A stretch of 64,000 bases of DNA from Heterodontus francisci (taxonomy: Eukaryota), in the NCBI RefSeq assembly GCF_036365525.1, contig NC_090389.1, forward strand, positions 36,020,973 through 36,084,972, in the 5' to 3' direction. A program made the translations under genes and the position numbers. Shown here one piece after another: positions 1 to 11,952 of this stretch (positions are counted from its first letter, which is position 1; the number at the start of each line of letters is the position of its first letter). The notes under the pieces were generated by a model that did no database searches, had not been told where the DNA came from, and worked only from the letters and a program-made list of their open reading frames with translations.

Positions 1-286
1 GAGTTTCTGGGCTGTCTTCCTACCCCTTCTCTCTTTCAGAGAGCATTCTCTTGTTCTGGTCTCCAAAACAGGTTCCTTCCAACTGGTCTTTTCTTGCAAA
101 AGAGAAATTAAAAATTCCCCAGCAGCCTGTCATGTGACAGTCATTTCTCTGTGCTGAGTGGCTTAGAAAAACAGATTGCCTTAGAAGTGCCCCACCCATT
201 TCAGCATTCACTGTTCCCAGAGAAATCCTTTTCCGAGTCTAAAAGACACACACCTCTTTTTTTTAAAAAACAAAGCACTTATAGCA
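1..286. mobile_element. End fragment of an LTR-like element (truncated by window start)
   Basis: Terminal motif 'aaagcacttatagca' preceded by T/A runs resembles the terminus 'gaagcactttcacaaca' of the LTR-like element at 35322-36219. Confidence 0.4.
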
Positions 287-1229
287 ATATATATACTGTA
301 TGAGCTAGATTTAAACACGTCTTGCTCTGTTCTATTCCACCCACAACTGGTCACTTATGACGTGACATCAGTTCCTTCAGTGATCTTCACTTAGGGCTCC
401 TTAAGGTGGTCTGCTCTTCAGGTGCTCCCACAACAATACTTTCCTGATGATAATGAAACATTGTTTACGTGGGCTACTCTTCATATACTTCACCGTTGCT
501 GCCCTGAAGGTTTAACAGTTGATTGGAAAGCCTTCACCTTTTATTTCATTACCAGTACAACCTTCCAAACTCAGATGTAACCATATTTAAAAGACAACTG
601 TAGTTTGAGGAAACCACTTCAAAAACGGACACTTTTCTTTACTTAAAATACTTGGATTCTTTCATATTCATTGAAAAATCGTTTAGTTTTAAACCAGATT
701 ATATTTTTGACTGCTGCTAAAAATAGATCCTTTCAGTAAATGATGAATAAAAAGCCTCGGGCCTATGCATGCTACAAGTACTTTGTGTGGCAGGGTCAAA
801 TTCCGTTAATCCCTTGCTAATCATACTTCCAAAAAGTGACCTGAAAGAGGCTGCTATATAACGTGCAGTCTCGAACACTGTTGTAAAATTAATAAATTAC
901 TATCAAGACAATGATGGTGGATTTTGCTGTAAATTACCATTCAATCTGGGGAAAACAGCAAAATAGGCTGGTAATGATTACCACCTCAAAACTGCCAATA
1001 AACATGACAGCAAATCCATCTAAGTCTTGGCCACTGCAACTAGATGGGCTCAAGTGAACATGACTGATTCATCTGTCCTATTTTAACCTATGCCCACCCT
1101 AAACCTACATCAAATTATTATGATGTAAATGGCAGTGTGAGTCCCAGGAAGGTATACTGTTGTCAGGAGGCCATTTTGTTTGTTGCAACTAAACCTTGGT
1201 CATTTGCCTTCGAATAAATCTGTTGGTAC

Positions 1230-2600
1230 TTTGGAGGTCTGATCAAGACTTCTGGTGCTCAGCAAGCAGTACAGTTTTGGACTGGGAATATGGATTTCTA
1301 ATGGGAATTTCTCTATTCCCATGTTACAAAGCCACATATGACGGCTGTAATTTTATGAATGGCTTTCATTTGATTAACTTGCAGCTGTTATGTGATGCCA
1401 ATGACCTTACTCTGCATGTCAATGGCTGATTCTCAGAAAGCTGTCATGATGCTTTCATTTGTGACAATCTATCACACTGGTCCTTATTACTCAGTCATGT
1501 ATTAGGATGGTTGCTTAGTGTTGTCCAGAAATCATGTTTTATATTGCCAGTAAGGCTTCAGCAGACAGAGGGGGACAACATATATAAAGAGCAGAATTTT
1601 CCTGGCTCCGGGGTGGTGGGAGTGGAGACAGTGGGAGGGCATGGAAAATAGCGGGGAGCCACGTTGGGATGGCGCCTTTATGCATTCCAGCCATCAGGGA
1701 AGTTTCCTGGGGGCGGGCCAGCATGTGGATCGGCTGCCCACTGCAAGGCAGCTGGCACACAATCTGCATCGTTAAGCCTCCAATTTGGAGCACTTGCTGG
1801 CACTTTGCCAGCAGTAGAGCGAGCCCCCAACACTTGCGGAGGCCACCAGCTTAATGGAGGTGGCTTCCCTGGACCAGTCCGGTGGGGGGAGGGGGGGGGG
1901 GCATCAGAACATGAGGCTCCATCATCCAAAGAGGGGGCTGCCAGCAGCAAAGATTGCATCTGTGGACGAAACGCTGGTGCTGGAGGGGTTTCCCCTCAGA
2001 TCAGAGTGCTCTGCCTGATGGGCCCCTCTTCAAAAAAAAATTATTAATTGTCACCTTGCAAGAGGACCTCCATTTTGAGGCACCCCCGTGTCCTCCTAAC
2101 TGCCTCAGCAGTATGCATACTCTCTCACTGGGGCTGGTGAGCCTCTGGAGCTGCCTGCCCAGTGGTTGCTGCCAGCAGTATCTGGAGCCTGCCTGCCATC
2201 CTTAATTGATTGGCGGCCAATGAGGAGGCTGTCTACAGGAAAATAGTTCCATGGTCTGGCTCCTGGCAAGTGTGGGCTCCGGACCCCTGTTGGGTCTGGA
2301 TGCTGGGGGCCCGAAGACCCCAGGAAATCTGCCCAATGAGACTCGTGGCTTCACAAGAAATGTCACAGAACAAACTATAGGCATTCTCAAGTCTTGCTTT
2401 AGGTGCCCCATTAAATCCTGCGGAACTCTGCAATAAAACTGAGCTAAAGTCTGCAGAATCATTTACAATGCAACTTGCTGATGAAAGGCTTGCTGATTCC
2501 AGAAGCTAATGGGGATGATGCCGAAAACTAGGTGGATGACCTCCAACCCCACATGTTAAAGATGGAAAGACTAGGAACTGAGGAGCCAGAAATTAGAGGA
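1230..2600 (+). pseudogene. Decayed PIF/Harbinger DDE transposase, split by a MITE
   Basis: Translates to FMNGFHLINLQLLCDANDLTLHVNG*FSESCHDAFI (cf. NRKGFHS.N.Q..CD...PGS.HD), then GWLL...QTEGDNIY, and after the MITE NETRGFTRNVTEQTIGILKSCFRC..SCGTLQ. These are HARBI1-type motifs with stops and frameshifts. Confidence 0.8.
1589..2334. mobile_element. Harbinger-type MITE (non-autonomous, GC-rich)
   Basis: Imperfect TIRs gagcagaattttcctgg / ccaggaaatctgccc; 3-bp flanks aaa/aat; removing it restores the transposase reading (IY|NET). Confidence 0.75.
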
Positions 2601-3964
2601 CAGGACTTCTAACCTAGTTCTTTCAATGAATAAAAGTTGCCGCTTCAAATAAAGTCACTTCGCAGTGATCTGTTCTCCACCACATCCTCACAAAATCCCT
2701 CACAGTTAAATACTTCTGCCTAGTCCCTTCATAACTCAGAAGCCTGCATTTACCTTGTCACTATTTAAACTTCCAAAAGCAGAAAGCATACCCAAAAATG
2801 AACTCAGAACTCGAAGCACAAAAATCGGATTTATTTTGCAGAGCAATATATTCACCAAGAAGTTCAAAAAATTCTGATCACATTTTTTACAATTGCTTAA
2901 CACTCCTTTGCCCAGCTAACTTACTTGTTTGTGTTTCTAACCTACTACTCCTTTGAGGTGCTCTGTTAACGAGTTAGAATTGTGTGCTGAATAGTTGGTG
3001 TGTGTGTGTGTGTGTTCCCTGCCCCCCACTCCTGCCGCAGATTAGAGGGCTGAGGGAACTCTTGCCTCCGGGAAGCAGCTGTTCAGAGGGACTGGCTGTT
3101 GATAGCCTTTCTCCTGCAGTGTCAAGGATTACCAAGCCCACATTGGAAGCTCTCTCGTGTGTAGGCACACAAGGGAACCTTAAGGATGTCAGCTTATTGG
3201 CACTCTCCAGAAAGACAACGGCATCTGTGACCACTCACTGGTGCATGGCAGAGGCTCGAGGTGCAACCGATGAATGTCATCGCAGACCAAATATTCTGAA
3301 TCAGATCTTGTGAAAATATTCTGTCCAAAGCATCAATTGAACTGTAGTACCTGTCACTCCAGCTGCCATTAGTGTTTTAGTACCTCCTTGGTGCTATAGA
3401 AATCTCTTGGACTGTCACTGCATTGTGTTCTGCAGGTTGGTAGAAACTTCTCTATCATTTTAACCTTATAAATGGAAACCGTGTTCACCGTCTCCACCTG
3501 ATATCAATTGTCGCCAGTTTTAGTTCTTTGTTTTTGCAAGACTAGTCCCCTGCTATCTGAATATCTCATGTCTTCATCTAGGGTGGTTGTTTCACCACCC
3601 TTCATGGTGGAACAGCAGTCTCCCACTCTTGCACTCCCAAGTCCTTGTTCTCACTCATCCTCATTGCTTCACCTAGTGACAGCTCTTCTTGACTCACTAG
3701 CTACATCCTCTGAGTAGGTCTCTCTAGACTGGCACTTGTGCAAGCAAGATGCCTTAATGGAGCTGGTGAAGGACTGGTGAGTCTGGATGTACCCAGGTAG
3801 TCATCTGAATGGCAGAACCTATTCCCATCCATGATGTGAAACATAAAAGAGCTTATTTAGCTCTGCACACAGTGGTATCTGACCTTGAAAATATAGCTGT
3901 TGAGTGTAAGAGCATTGTAATGCTTTGAGAAAGCACATTAAGCTGCCATTATTTATGCAGAAAT

Positions 3965-4164
3965 TTGCCCTGCCTTTACCCAACTTGTGCCAACTCACCT
4001 CCAACTGCACCATCCTCCAAAGCCTCACATGTTTGTCTGTCTACTATTTGAAAAGTTTCCTGTTGATGCAGACTCAGAGTTTTCATTCTTGATGTTCCTC
4101 TCCCAATTCCAGTTTCATGTCGGTCGCTGTGTGCAACCTTTTCCTTTTTGGGGTAAAAAGACAT
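3965..4164 (-). pseudogene. Remnant of a Harbinger Myb/SANT-like accessory protein gene, convergent with the transposase
   Basis: KEKVAHSDRHETGIGRG...TLSLHQQETFQIV resembles the 'K.K.AHN.RE...TGGG...LT..EE' segment of Harbinger Myb-like proteins. Confidence 0.55.
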
Positions 4165-4587
4165 TGCTGAAAGAATGTGGGTGGCATGGACCCCACATGA
4201 TGATGAAGTGCAGGTCCTTTTTCACTTTAAATGAAACGCTGTCACAGGACTTGTCTTATTGCCAGTCAGGCACATTGCGCTGCCCTGAATTTGGTGGGCT
4301 GCATTAGGATGATCATTTGGGATGGGCAGCTCACCACTTCCATTTAAATGAGGCCCAGACTTCGAATCTGTCTGGTCTCGTTGTTCCCGACATAGGCACT
4401 CAACCAGTCAGCTGCTCGAAAAATAAAATATACCTGTCATTGTTTGGAATATGAGGGGATGGGGTTACGGGTTTTACAACATGTGACCTTGTGATGAATC
4501 TTTTTTTGTTTCTATTTGCTCAGTTGTCAATTAATTGTCATGTTGCATTGAATACAGCACATTACCCCAAGAAAGAAATGAAAGTGA

Positions 4588-4965
4588 CCGATATGCCTTC
4601 CTTTATCTTCAGCCGAGGATTTCACCTCAATGTGGTTGACAGGGCGCTTGATAGTGTCCATTCCATTTCCTGCACTTCTGTTCTCACTCCTTCCCTTCCC
4701 TCCCAGAACCACAATAAGGTTCCCCTTGTCCTCACCTTCCACCCGACCAACCTCCACATTCAACTGATCATCCTCTGTCATCTCAAGCCTGATGCCAAAC
4801 ACATCTTCCCCTCCCCTCCTGTTACAGCATTCCGAAGGGCCGCTTCCTCCATGACATGCTGGTTCACTACTCAATCACCCCCAAAACCCCTCCCATGCAA
4901 GCACAGGAGATGCAACACCTGTCTTTTTGCCTCCTCCCTTCTTGCTATCCAAGGTCCCAACACTC
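4588..4965 (+). mobile_element. Penelope-like element fragment (RT C-terminal/linker region)
   Basis: RGFHLNVVDRAL...KVPLVLTFHPTNLHIQ...HIFPSPPVTAFRR...PCKHRRCNTC, the linker and Cys motif upstream of the GIY-YIG domain. Confidence 0.8.
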
Positions 4966-4967
4966 CA

Positions 4968-5872
4968 GCAATGGAAACAGTTTTTCCCTATCTACCTTGT
5001 CCAGACCCCTCATGATACTGAATACCTCTATCAAAATCTCCTCTCAACCTCCTCTTCTCCAAAGAAAACAGTCTCAACTTCTCCAATCTATCCGCCTAAG
5101 TGAAGTTCTTCATCCTTGGAATCATTCTCGTGAACCTTTTCTGCACTCTCTCCAATGCCTTCACATCTTTCCTAAAGTGGTGCCCAGAACTGGACACACT
5201 GCTCCAGTTGAGGCTGAAAAAGTGTTCCATATAAGTGCAACATAACTTCCTTGCTTTTGTATGCAATGCCCCATTTAATGAAGGCGAGGGTGCTGTATGT
5301 TCTATTAACAGCGCTCTCAACTTGTTCTACTACCTTCAATGATTTATGCACATATACACCCAGGTTCCTCTGCTCCTGCACCCCCTTTAGAATTGCACCC
5401 TTTATTTTTCATTGTCTCGCCACGTTCTTCCTACCAAAATGAATCACTTCACAGTTCTCTGGATTAAATTTCATCTGCGACTTGTCTACACATTCCACCA
5501 ACCAGTCCTTTTGAAATTCTACACAATCCTTCTCACAGTTCACAACTGTTTCCCAGTTTTGTATCATCCACAGATTTTGAAATTGTGCTCTGTACACCAA
5601 GATCTAGGTCATTAATATAGGTTAGAAACAGCAAACCTAACACTGACCCTTGGGCGACTCAACTACAAACCTTCCTCTAGTCTGAAAACATCCATTAACC
5701 ACTACATGCTCTGTTTTCTGTCACTAAGCCAATTTTGGATCCATGTTTCTACTGTCCCTTTTATTCCATGATCTTTAACTTTGTTCACCAGTCTGTTGTG
5801 TGGCATTGTATCAAATGCTTTTTGGAAGTTCATGTACACCACATCAACAGCATTGCCCTGATCAACCTTCCA
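4968..5872 (-). mobile_element. CR1 LINE, RT C-terminal fragment
   Basis: AVDVVYMNFQKAFD, MKFNPENCEVIHFG, PQLEQCVQFWAP, LERVQKRFTRMIP in short broken ORFs. Confidence 0.9.
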
Positions 5873-5877
5873 TGTTA

Positions 5878-7012
5878 GCTCATCTCCATCCGCAACAATG
5901 GGGGAGCCCAGCACATCAGCCCAAAAGATAATGCTTAATCATTTGCATTAATCTCAGCTAGAAGTGCCGAGTTGATGATCCAGCTCGGCCTCCTCCTGAG
6001 GTCCCCAGCATCATAGATGCCAGTCTTTAGCCAATCTGATTCACTCCACATGATATCAAGAAATGGCTGAAGGCATTGGATACTGCAAAGGCTATGGGCC
6101 CTGACAACATTCCGGCAATAGTACTGAAGACTTGTGCTCCAGAACTAGCCACGCCCACTCCCCCCCCCCCTTCAAGCCAAGCTGTACCAGTACAGCTACA
6201 ACACTGACATCCATCCAGCAATGTGGAAGATTGCCCAGGTATGTCCTGTGCACAAAAAGCAGGACAAATCCGACCCGACCAATTACTGCCCACTGACCAC
6301 CTCCAGGCGCGTATCCATTGTCTCTCGAGATAAGGATGTCCAAAAGAAAGAAGTCTACTCTTGATCATTAGTAAAGTGATGGAAGGCGTCGTCGACAGTG
6401 CTACCAAGCAGGAATTGCTCAGCAATAACCTCCTCACTGATGCTCAGTTTGGGATCCGCCTGGGCCACTCAGGTCCTGACCTCATTACAGCCTTGATCCA
6501 AACATGGACAAAAGAGCTGAATTCCAGAGATGAGGTGAGAGCGACTGCCCTTGACATCAATGCAGCATTTTACCGGGTATCGTATCAAGTAACCCTAGCA
6601 AAACTGGAATCAATAGAAATCAGGGGGAAAACTCTCCGCTGGTTGGAGTCATACCTAGCACAAAGGAAGATGGTTGTGGTTGCTGGAAGTCAATCATCTC
6701 AGTCCCAGAACTTCACTGCAGGAGTTCTTCAGGGTAGTGTCCTAGGCCCATCCATCTTCAGCTGCTTCATCAATGACCTTCCCTCCAATATAAGGTCAGA
6801 AGTGGGGATGTTTGCTGATGATTGCACAATATTCACCATTCGTGACTCCTCAGAGACTGAAGCAGCCTGTGTCGATATGCAGCAAGACCTGGACAACATC
6901 CAGGCTTGGGCTGATAAGTGGGAAGTAACATTTGCGCCACACAAGTGCCAGGTAACGACCATCTTAAACAAGAGAGAATCTAACCATCTCCCCTTGACGC
7001 TCAAGGCATTAC
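5878..7012 (+). mobile_element. Zenon/CR1-like non-LTR retrotransposon, RT region (5' part of an interrupted element)
   Basis: KAMGPDNIP, QFG.R.GHS, ALDI..AF, GVLQGSVLGP, FADD. Broken at 7012 and resumes at 18123, with ATTAC duplicated at 7008-7012 and 18123-18127. Confidence 0.85.
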
Positions 7013-7955
7013 ATACAAAAATACGAATTAGGAGCAGGAGTATGCCCCTTGAGCCTGCCCCGCTATTCAACAAGATCATGGCTGATCAGATTGTAACCTC
7101 AATTCCACATTTCCGCCTACCCTCAATAACTTTTCACCCCCTTGCTTATCAAGAATCTATCTACCTCTGCCTTAAAAATATTCAAAGACTCTGCTTCCAT
7201 CACCTTTTGAGGAAGAGCTTTCCAAAGACTCATGGGCCTCTGAAAGAAAATATTTCTCCTTATCTCAGTGTTAAATGGGTGACCCCTTACTTTTAAACAG
7301 TGACCCCCCTAGTTCTAGGTTCTCCCACAAGGGGAAACATCCTTTCCACATCCACCCTGTCAAGACCCCTCAGGAGCTTGTATGTTTCAATCAAGTCACC
7401 TCTTACTCTTCTAAATTCCAGCAGATATAAGACTAGCCTGTCCAACCTTTCCTCATAAGACAACCCACCCATTCCAGGTATTGGTCTAATAAATCTCCTC
7501 TAAACTGCTTCCAACGCATTTACCTCCTTCCTTAAATAAGGAGACCAGTACTGTACACAGTACTCCAGATGTGGTCTCACCAATGCCCTGTATAGCTGAA
7601 GCATAACCTTGCTAAAGGAACATAGGAACAGCAGTAGACCATTCAGCCCAATGAGCCTGCTCTGCCATTCAATACGATCATGGCTGATCATCCACTTCAA
7701 TGCCTTTTTCCCACCATATACCCATATCCCTTTATGTCATTGGTATTTAGAAATTAGTCAATCTCAACTTTAAACATACTCAATGAGTGAGCTTCCACAG
7801 CCCTCGAGGGGAGAGAATTCCCAAGATTCACAATGCTCTGAGTAAAGAAATTTCTCCTCATCTCTGAGCTAAGAGGCTTCCCCCTTATTTTGAAATTGTG
7901 TCCCCTGGTTCTAGACTCCCCAACGAGGGGAAACATCTTACCTGCATCTACCCTG

Positions 7956-9964
7956 TGTTACGACCAGGTGAGAAATGTGTCTAGGGGTGTTTTGCTGTCT
8001 TTACCTGGTCTTATTGTAACTGGGTTTTTATTTTTAAACACACTGTGTTTTAGGGTCATAGAGTCATAGAGTTATACAGCACAGAAACAGGCCCTTCGAC
8101 CCATCATGTCCGTGCCGGCCATCAAGCACCTAACTATTCTAATCCCATTTTCCAGCACTTGGCCTGTAGCCTTGTATGCTATTGCGTTTCCAGTGATTAT
8201 CTAAATACTTCTTAAATGTTGTGAGGGTTCCTGCCTCTACCATCTCTTCAGGCAGTGCATTCCAGATTCCAACCACCCTTTGGGTGAAAACATTTTTCCT
8301 CAAATCCCCTCTAAACCTCCTGCCCCTTACCTTAAATCTATGCCCCCTGGTTATTAACCCCTCCGCTAAGGGAAAAAGTTTCTTCCTATCTAACCTATCA
8401 ATGCCCCTCATAATTTTGTATACCTCAATCAAGTCCCCCCTCAGCCTTCTCTGCTCCAAGGAAAACAACCCTCGCCTTTTCAGTCTCTCTTCATAGCTGA
8501 AATGCTCCAGCCCAGGCAACATCCTGGTGAATCTCCTCTGCACCCTCTCTAGTACAATCACATCCTTCCGATACTGTGGTGCCCAGAACTGTACACAGTA
8601 CTCCAGCTAGGGCCTAACTAGCATTTTATAGAGCTCCATCATAACCTCCCTGCTCTTATATTCTATGCCTCGGCTGATAAAGGCAAGTGTCCCATATGCA
8701 GCTGGATACACTTCCTGCACACATGGCCATCAGGGACACTGGAAGCGTCCCTGATTTCCCACATAGCGCAGGAGGAGCATATCACTGGTGCAAGCTCTCT
8801 TGCCATGACTTCCCTTTAGATTAATTAGTTACTCCCTTAATTAAAAAATACTAATTACACTCAGGGCCTTGTTCTACTCCAAACACTACCCACTACAATC
8901 TAAATTACACTAATTTTAAAATAAACACACTAGTAGTACTCACTTTATCACTTGAGGTCTTTTTTCAAAAGAAAACAACTTTCCGCTTTTTTTAAGCTAT
9001 TTAAATTGACTAACAGCTGTTACTTATCCAACCAATCACCTTGCAGATTTCCCGTGATGTCACTGTAAGTCTTTTTTATCCTCTTTCGAGTCTCAGTGTG
9101 CACCGAGAGACACAGGAAGCCTGCCACCGCTCCGGATCAGCTTCCTCGCAGGTCTGCCAGCTGCCACTCCACTCCCAGGTAAGTAAGGTCCTCAAGCCCC
9201 ACCCTTTATTTATAGCTGCCGCTCTGGATTAGCTTCCTCGCAGGTCCGCCAGCCGCCAGTCTGCTCCCAGGTGAATCCTTGTTCACAGCTTTCCAGTTAT
9301 AAGACAAAGACATCAATTCACACAGGTTTTTGGAGGTTTAAAGAAGAAAGATGAAATTTTATTCAAACTTAAACTCTAATACAGTTAAAATCTATGGATA
9401 TATGACGTACCCACGCTAGCATGCACATGCGATACACTCATGCAAATAGCGACAGAAAAGGGGAGAGGGAAATATAGTAGAGAGGTGTTTGAGGCAATAT
9501 CAGAAGAGTTTCTTGTTTACTGTGCTTTGAGCTCACTTGATTGTAGGTAGTCTTGCTGTTCGTCGGGACCCAGTGTTCTTCTTAAACCTTGTTCATGTAG
9601 GAGACTTTTCTCTTTTTGAAGTTCACGTGTTTTCACAAGATTTAGTTCCGTGGGAAAGAGATGGAGGCAGGCAGGACAGGAGAGGGAGTTCTGTTCCAAC
9701 CAGGAGCACACGGATTTCTGAGTTCAAATCCTCTGTTGGAACTTCAAATTCAAAACCTCCAACAGTCAGTCAGTCATGTGACCAAAACTGGTCTGACCAC
9801 TCTTCTGTATATTGGGAAAGCAACAACTGGGTCCCCATTGTTCCGACACTGTTGGTTAATGTGCAAATGTCTTTCCAATCAGGGGCTTGCAATTTTAAGT
9901 TTTAATGTTCATGTGGCAAAATAATGTGTGCCTCAGTCTTGGCAGGTGGGGGGTTTGCCTGACA
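7956..9964 (-). mobile_element. Solo LTR (family 1), interrupted by a CR1
   Basis: TG...CA termini; TSD CCTG at 7952-7955 and 9965-9968; homologous to 38641-39538 and 46215-47046. Strand inferred from the AATAAA orientation. Confidence 0.9.
8054..9268 (-). mobile_element. Internally deleted CR1 (CR1-C): 5' UTR and ORF1 start joined to the ORF2 3' end
   Basis: (tcatagag) tail; ORF2 C-terminus at 8139-8698; MARELAPVICSSCAMWE...CRKCIQL from ATG at 8806 joins directly at ~8698. Confidence 0.85.
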
Positions 9965-11380
9965 CCTGTCTATCCCTTTATGTATTCTGTAGGCTTCAAT
10001 GAGATCACTTCTCATTCTTAGAAACTCTAGAGAATACAGGCTCAGTTTCCCCAATCTTTCTTCATAGGACAGTCCTACCATCCCGGGAACAAGTCTGGTG
10101 AACCTTCGTTGCACTCCCTCGATTGCAATAATATTCTTCAAAAGGTCAGGGGACCAAAACTGCACACAGTACTCCAGGTGCAGTCTAACCAAGGTTCTAT
10201 ACAATTGAAGCAAGATTTCACTACTCCTGTACTCTCATCCTCTTGCGATAAAGGCTAGCATACCATTAACCTTCTTAATTGCTAGCTGCACCTGCATGTT
10301 AGCTTTCATTGACTTACTGATGAGGACACCCAGGACCCTTTGTACATTTACACTTTCTAATTTCTTACCATTTAAGAAATACCCTGCACATCAATTCCTC
10401 CTATCAAAATGGAAAATCTCACATTTTCCACTTTATATTCCATCTGCTATGCTCTTGCCCATTCACGAAGTCTGTCCAAATCCTCTTGAAGCCGCTTTAC
10501 ACCTTCCTCACAACACACATTCCCATCTAGTTTTGTGTCCCCACATCCAAATCATTGATTTCTATTGTGAACAGCTGGGGCCCTAGTACTGATCCTTGCA
10601 GTACCCAACTAGTCACAGCCTGCCAACATGAGAATGACCTGTTTATTCCTACTCTCTGCTTTCTGCCTGTTAACCAATCCTTAATTCATGCCAGTATATT
10701 ACCTCCTATCCCATGTGCTTTAATTTTGCTATCCAACCTCCTGTGGGAAACTTTATCAAAAGCCTTCTGAAAATCCCAGTATGCTACTTCCACTGACTCC
10801 ACTTGATCAATTTTGTCAGTAACATCCTCAAAACAACTACAACAGGTTCGTCAAACATGATTTCCCATTTATAAATCCATGTTGACTATGCACAATCAGA
10901 TCATTATTATCCAAGTGTCCATTTATCAAATCCTTTAGAATAAATTCTAACATTTTTCCTACTACTGATGTAGGGTAACAGGTCTGTAATTCCGTTTTCT
11001 CTCTCCCTCCATTCTTAAATAGTGGGGTGACATTTTCTACCTTCCAATCTGCAGGAACCGTTCCAGAATCTATAGAATTTTGGAAGATGATCACCAATGC
11101 ATCCACTATCTCCATTGCTACCTCTTTCAACACTCTAGGATGTAGAATATCAGGTCCTGGGGACTTATTAAACTTCAACGCCATTAATTTCTCCAATACA
11201 ACCTTCTTACTAATACTAATTTCCTTCAGTTCCTCATTCTCCCTAGTTCCTTGGATCTCTAATTATGGGAGATTTCTTGCATCTTCCTCAGTGAACACAG
11301 GCATAATGTAATCTTTTACCTTCTCTGCCATTTCTCCATTCCCCATTATGAATTCTCCTGACTCTGCCTGTAAAGGACCC

Positions 11381-11952
11381 GCAGGAATACTACGGTAACT
11401 CACCTCCTGACTCCCCAAAGCCTGTCCACCATCTACAAGGCACAAGTCAGGAGTGTGATGAAATACTCTCCACTTGCCTGGATGGGTGCAGCTCCAACAC
11501 TCAAGCAGCTCCACACCATCCAGGACAAAGCAGCCCGCTTGATTGGTACCCCATCCACAGCATTCACTCCCTCCACCACAGACACACAGTGGCAGCAGCG
11601 TGTACCATCTACAAGATGCACTGCAGTAATGCACCAAGGCTCCTTAGACAGCACCTTCCAAACCCGCAACCCCTACCATTAGAAGGACAAGGGCAGCAAA
11701 TGCATGGGAACACCACCACCTGCAAGTTCCCCTCCACTTCATACACCATCCTGACTTGGAACTATATCTCCGTTCCTTCACTGTTGCTGGGTCAAAATCC
11801 TGGAACTCCCTTCCTAACAGCACTGTGGTTGTACCTACCTCACATGGACTGCAGCGGTTCAAGAAAGCAGCTCACCACCACCTTCTCAAGGGCAATTAGG
11901 GATGGGCAATAAATGTTGGCCTGGCCAGCAAGGCCCACATCCCATGAATGAA
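11381..11952 (+). mobile_element. Zenon/CR1-like LINE 3' end inserted in CR1-B
   Basis: YKAQVRSVMKYSPLAWMGAAP; 3' end gggcaataaatg...cccatgaatgaat; near-identical in part to 18240-18485. Confidence 0.85.
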
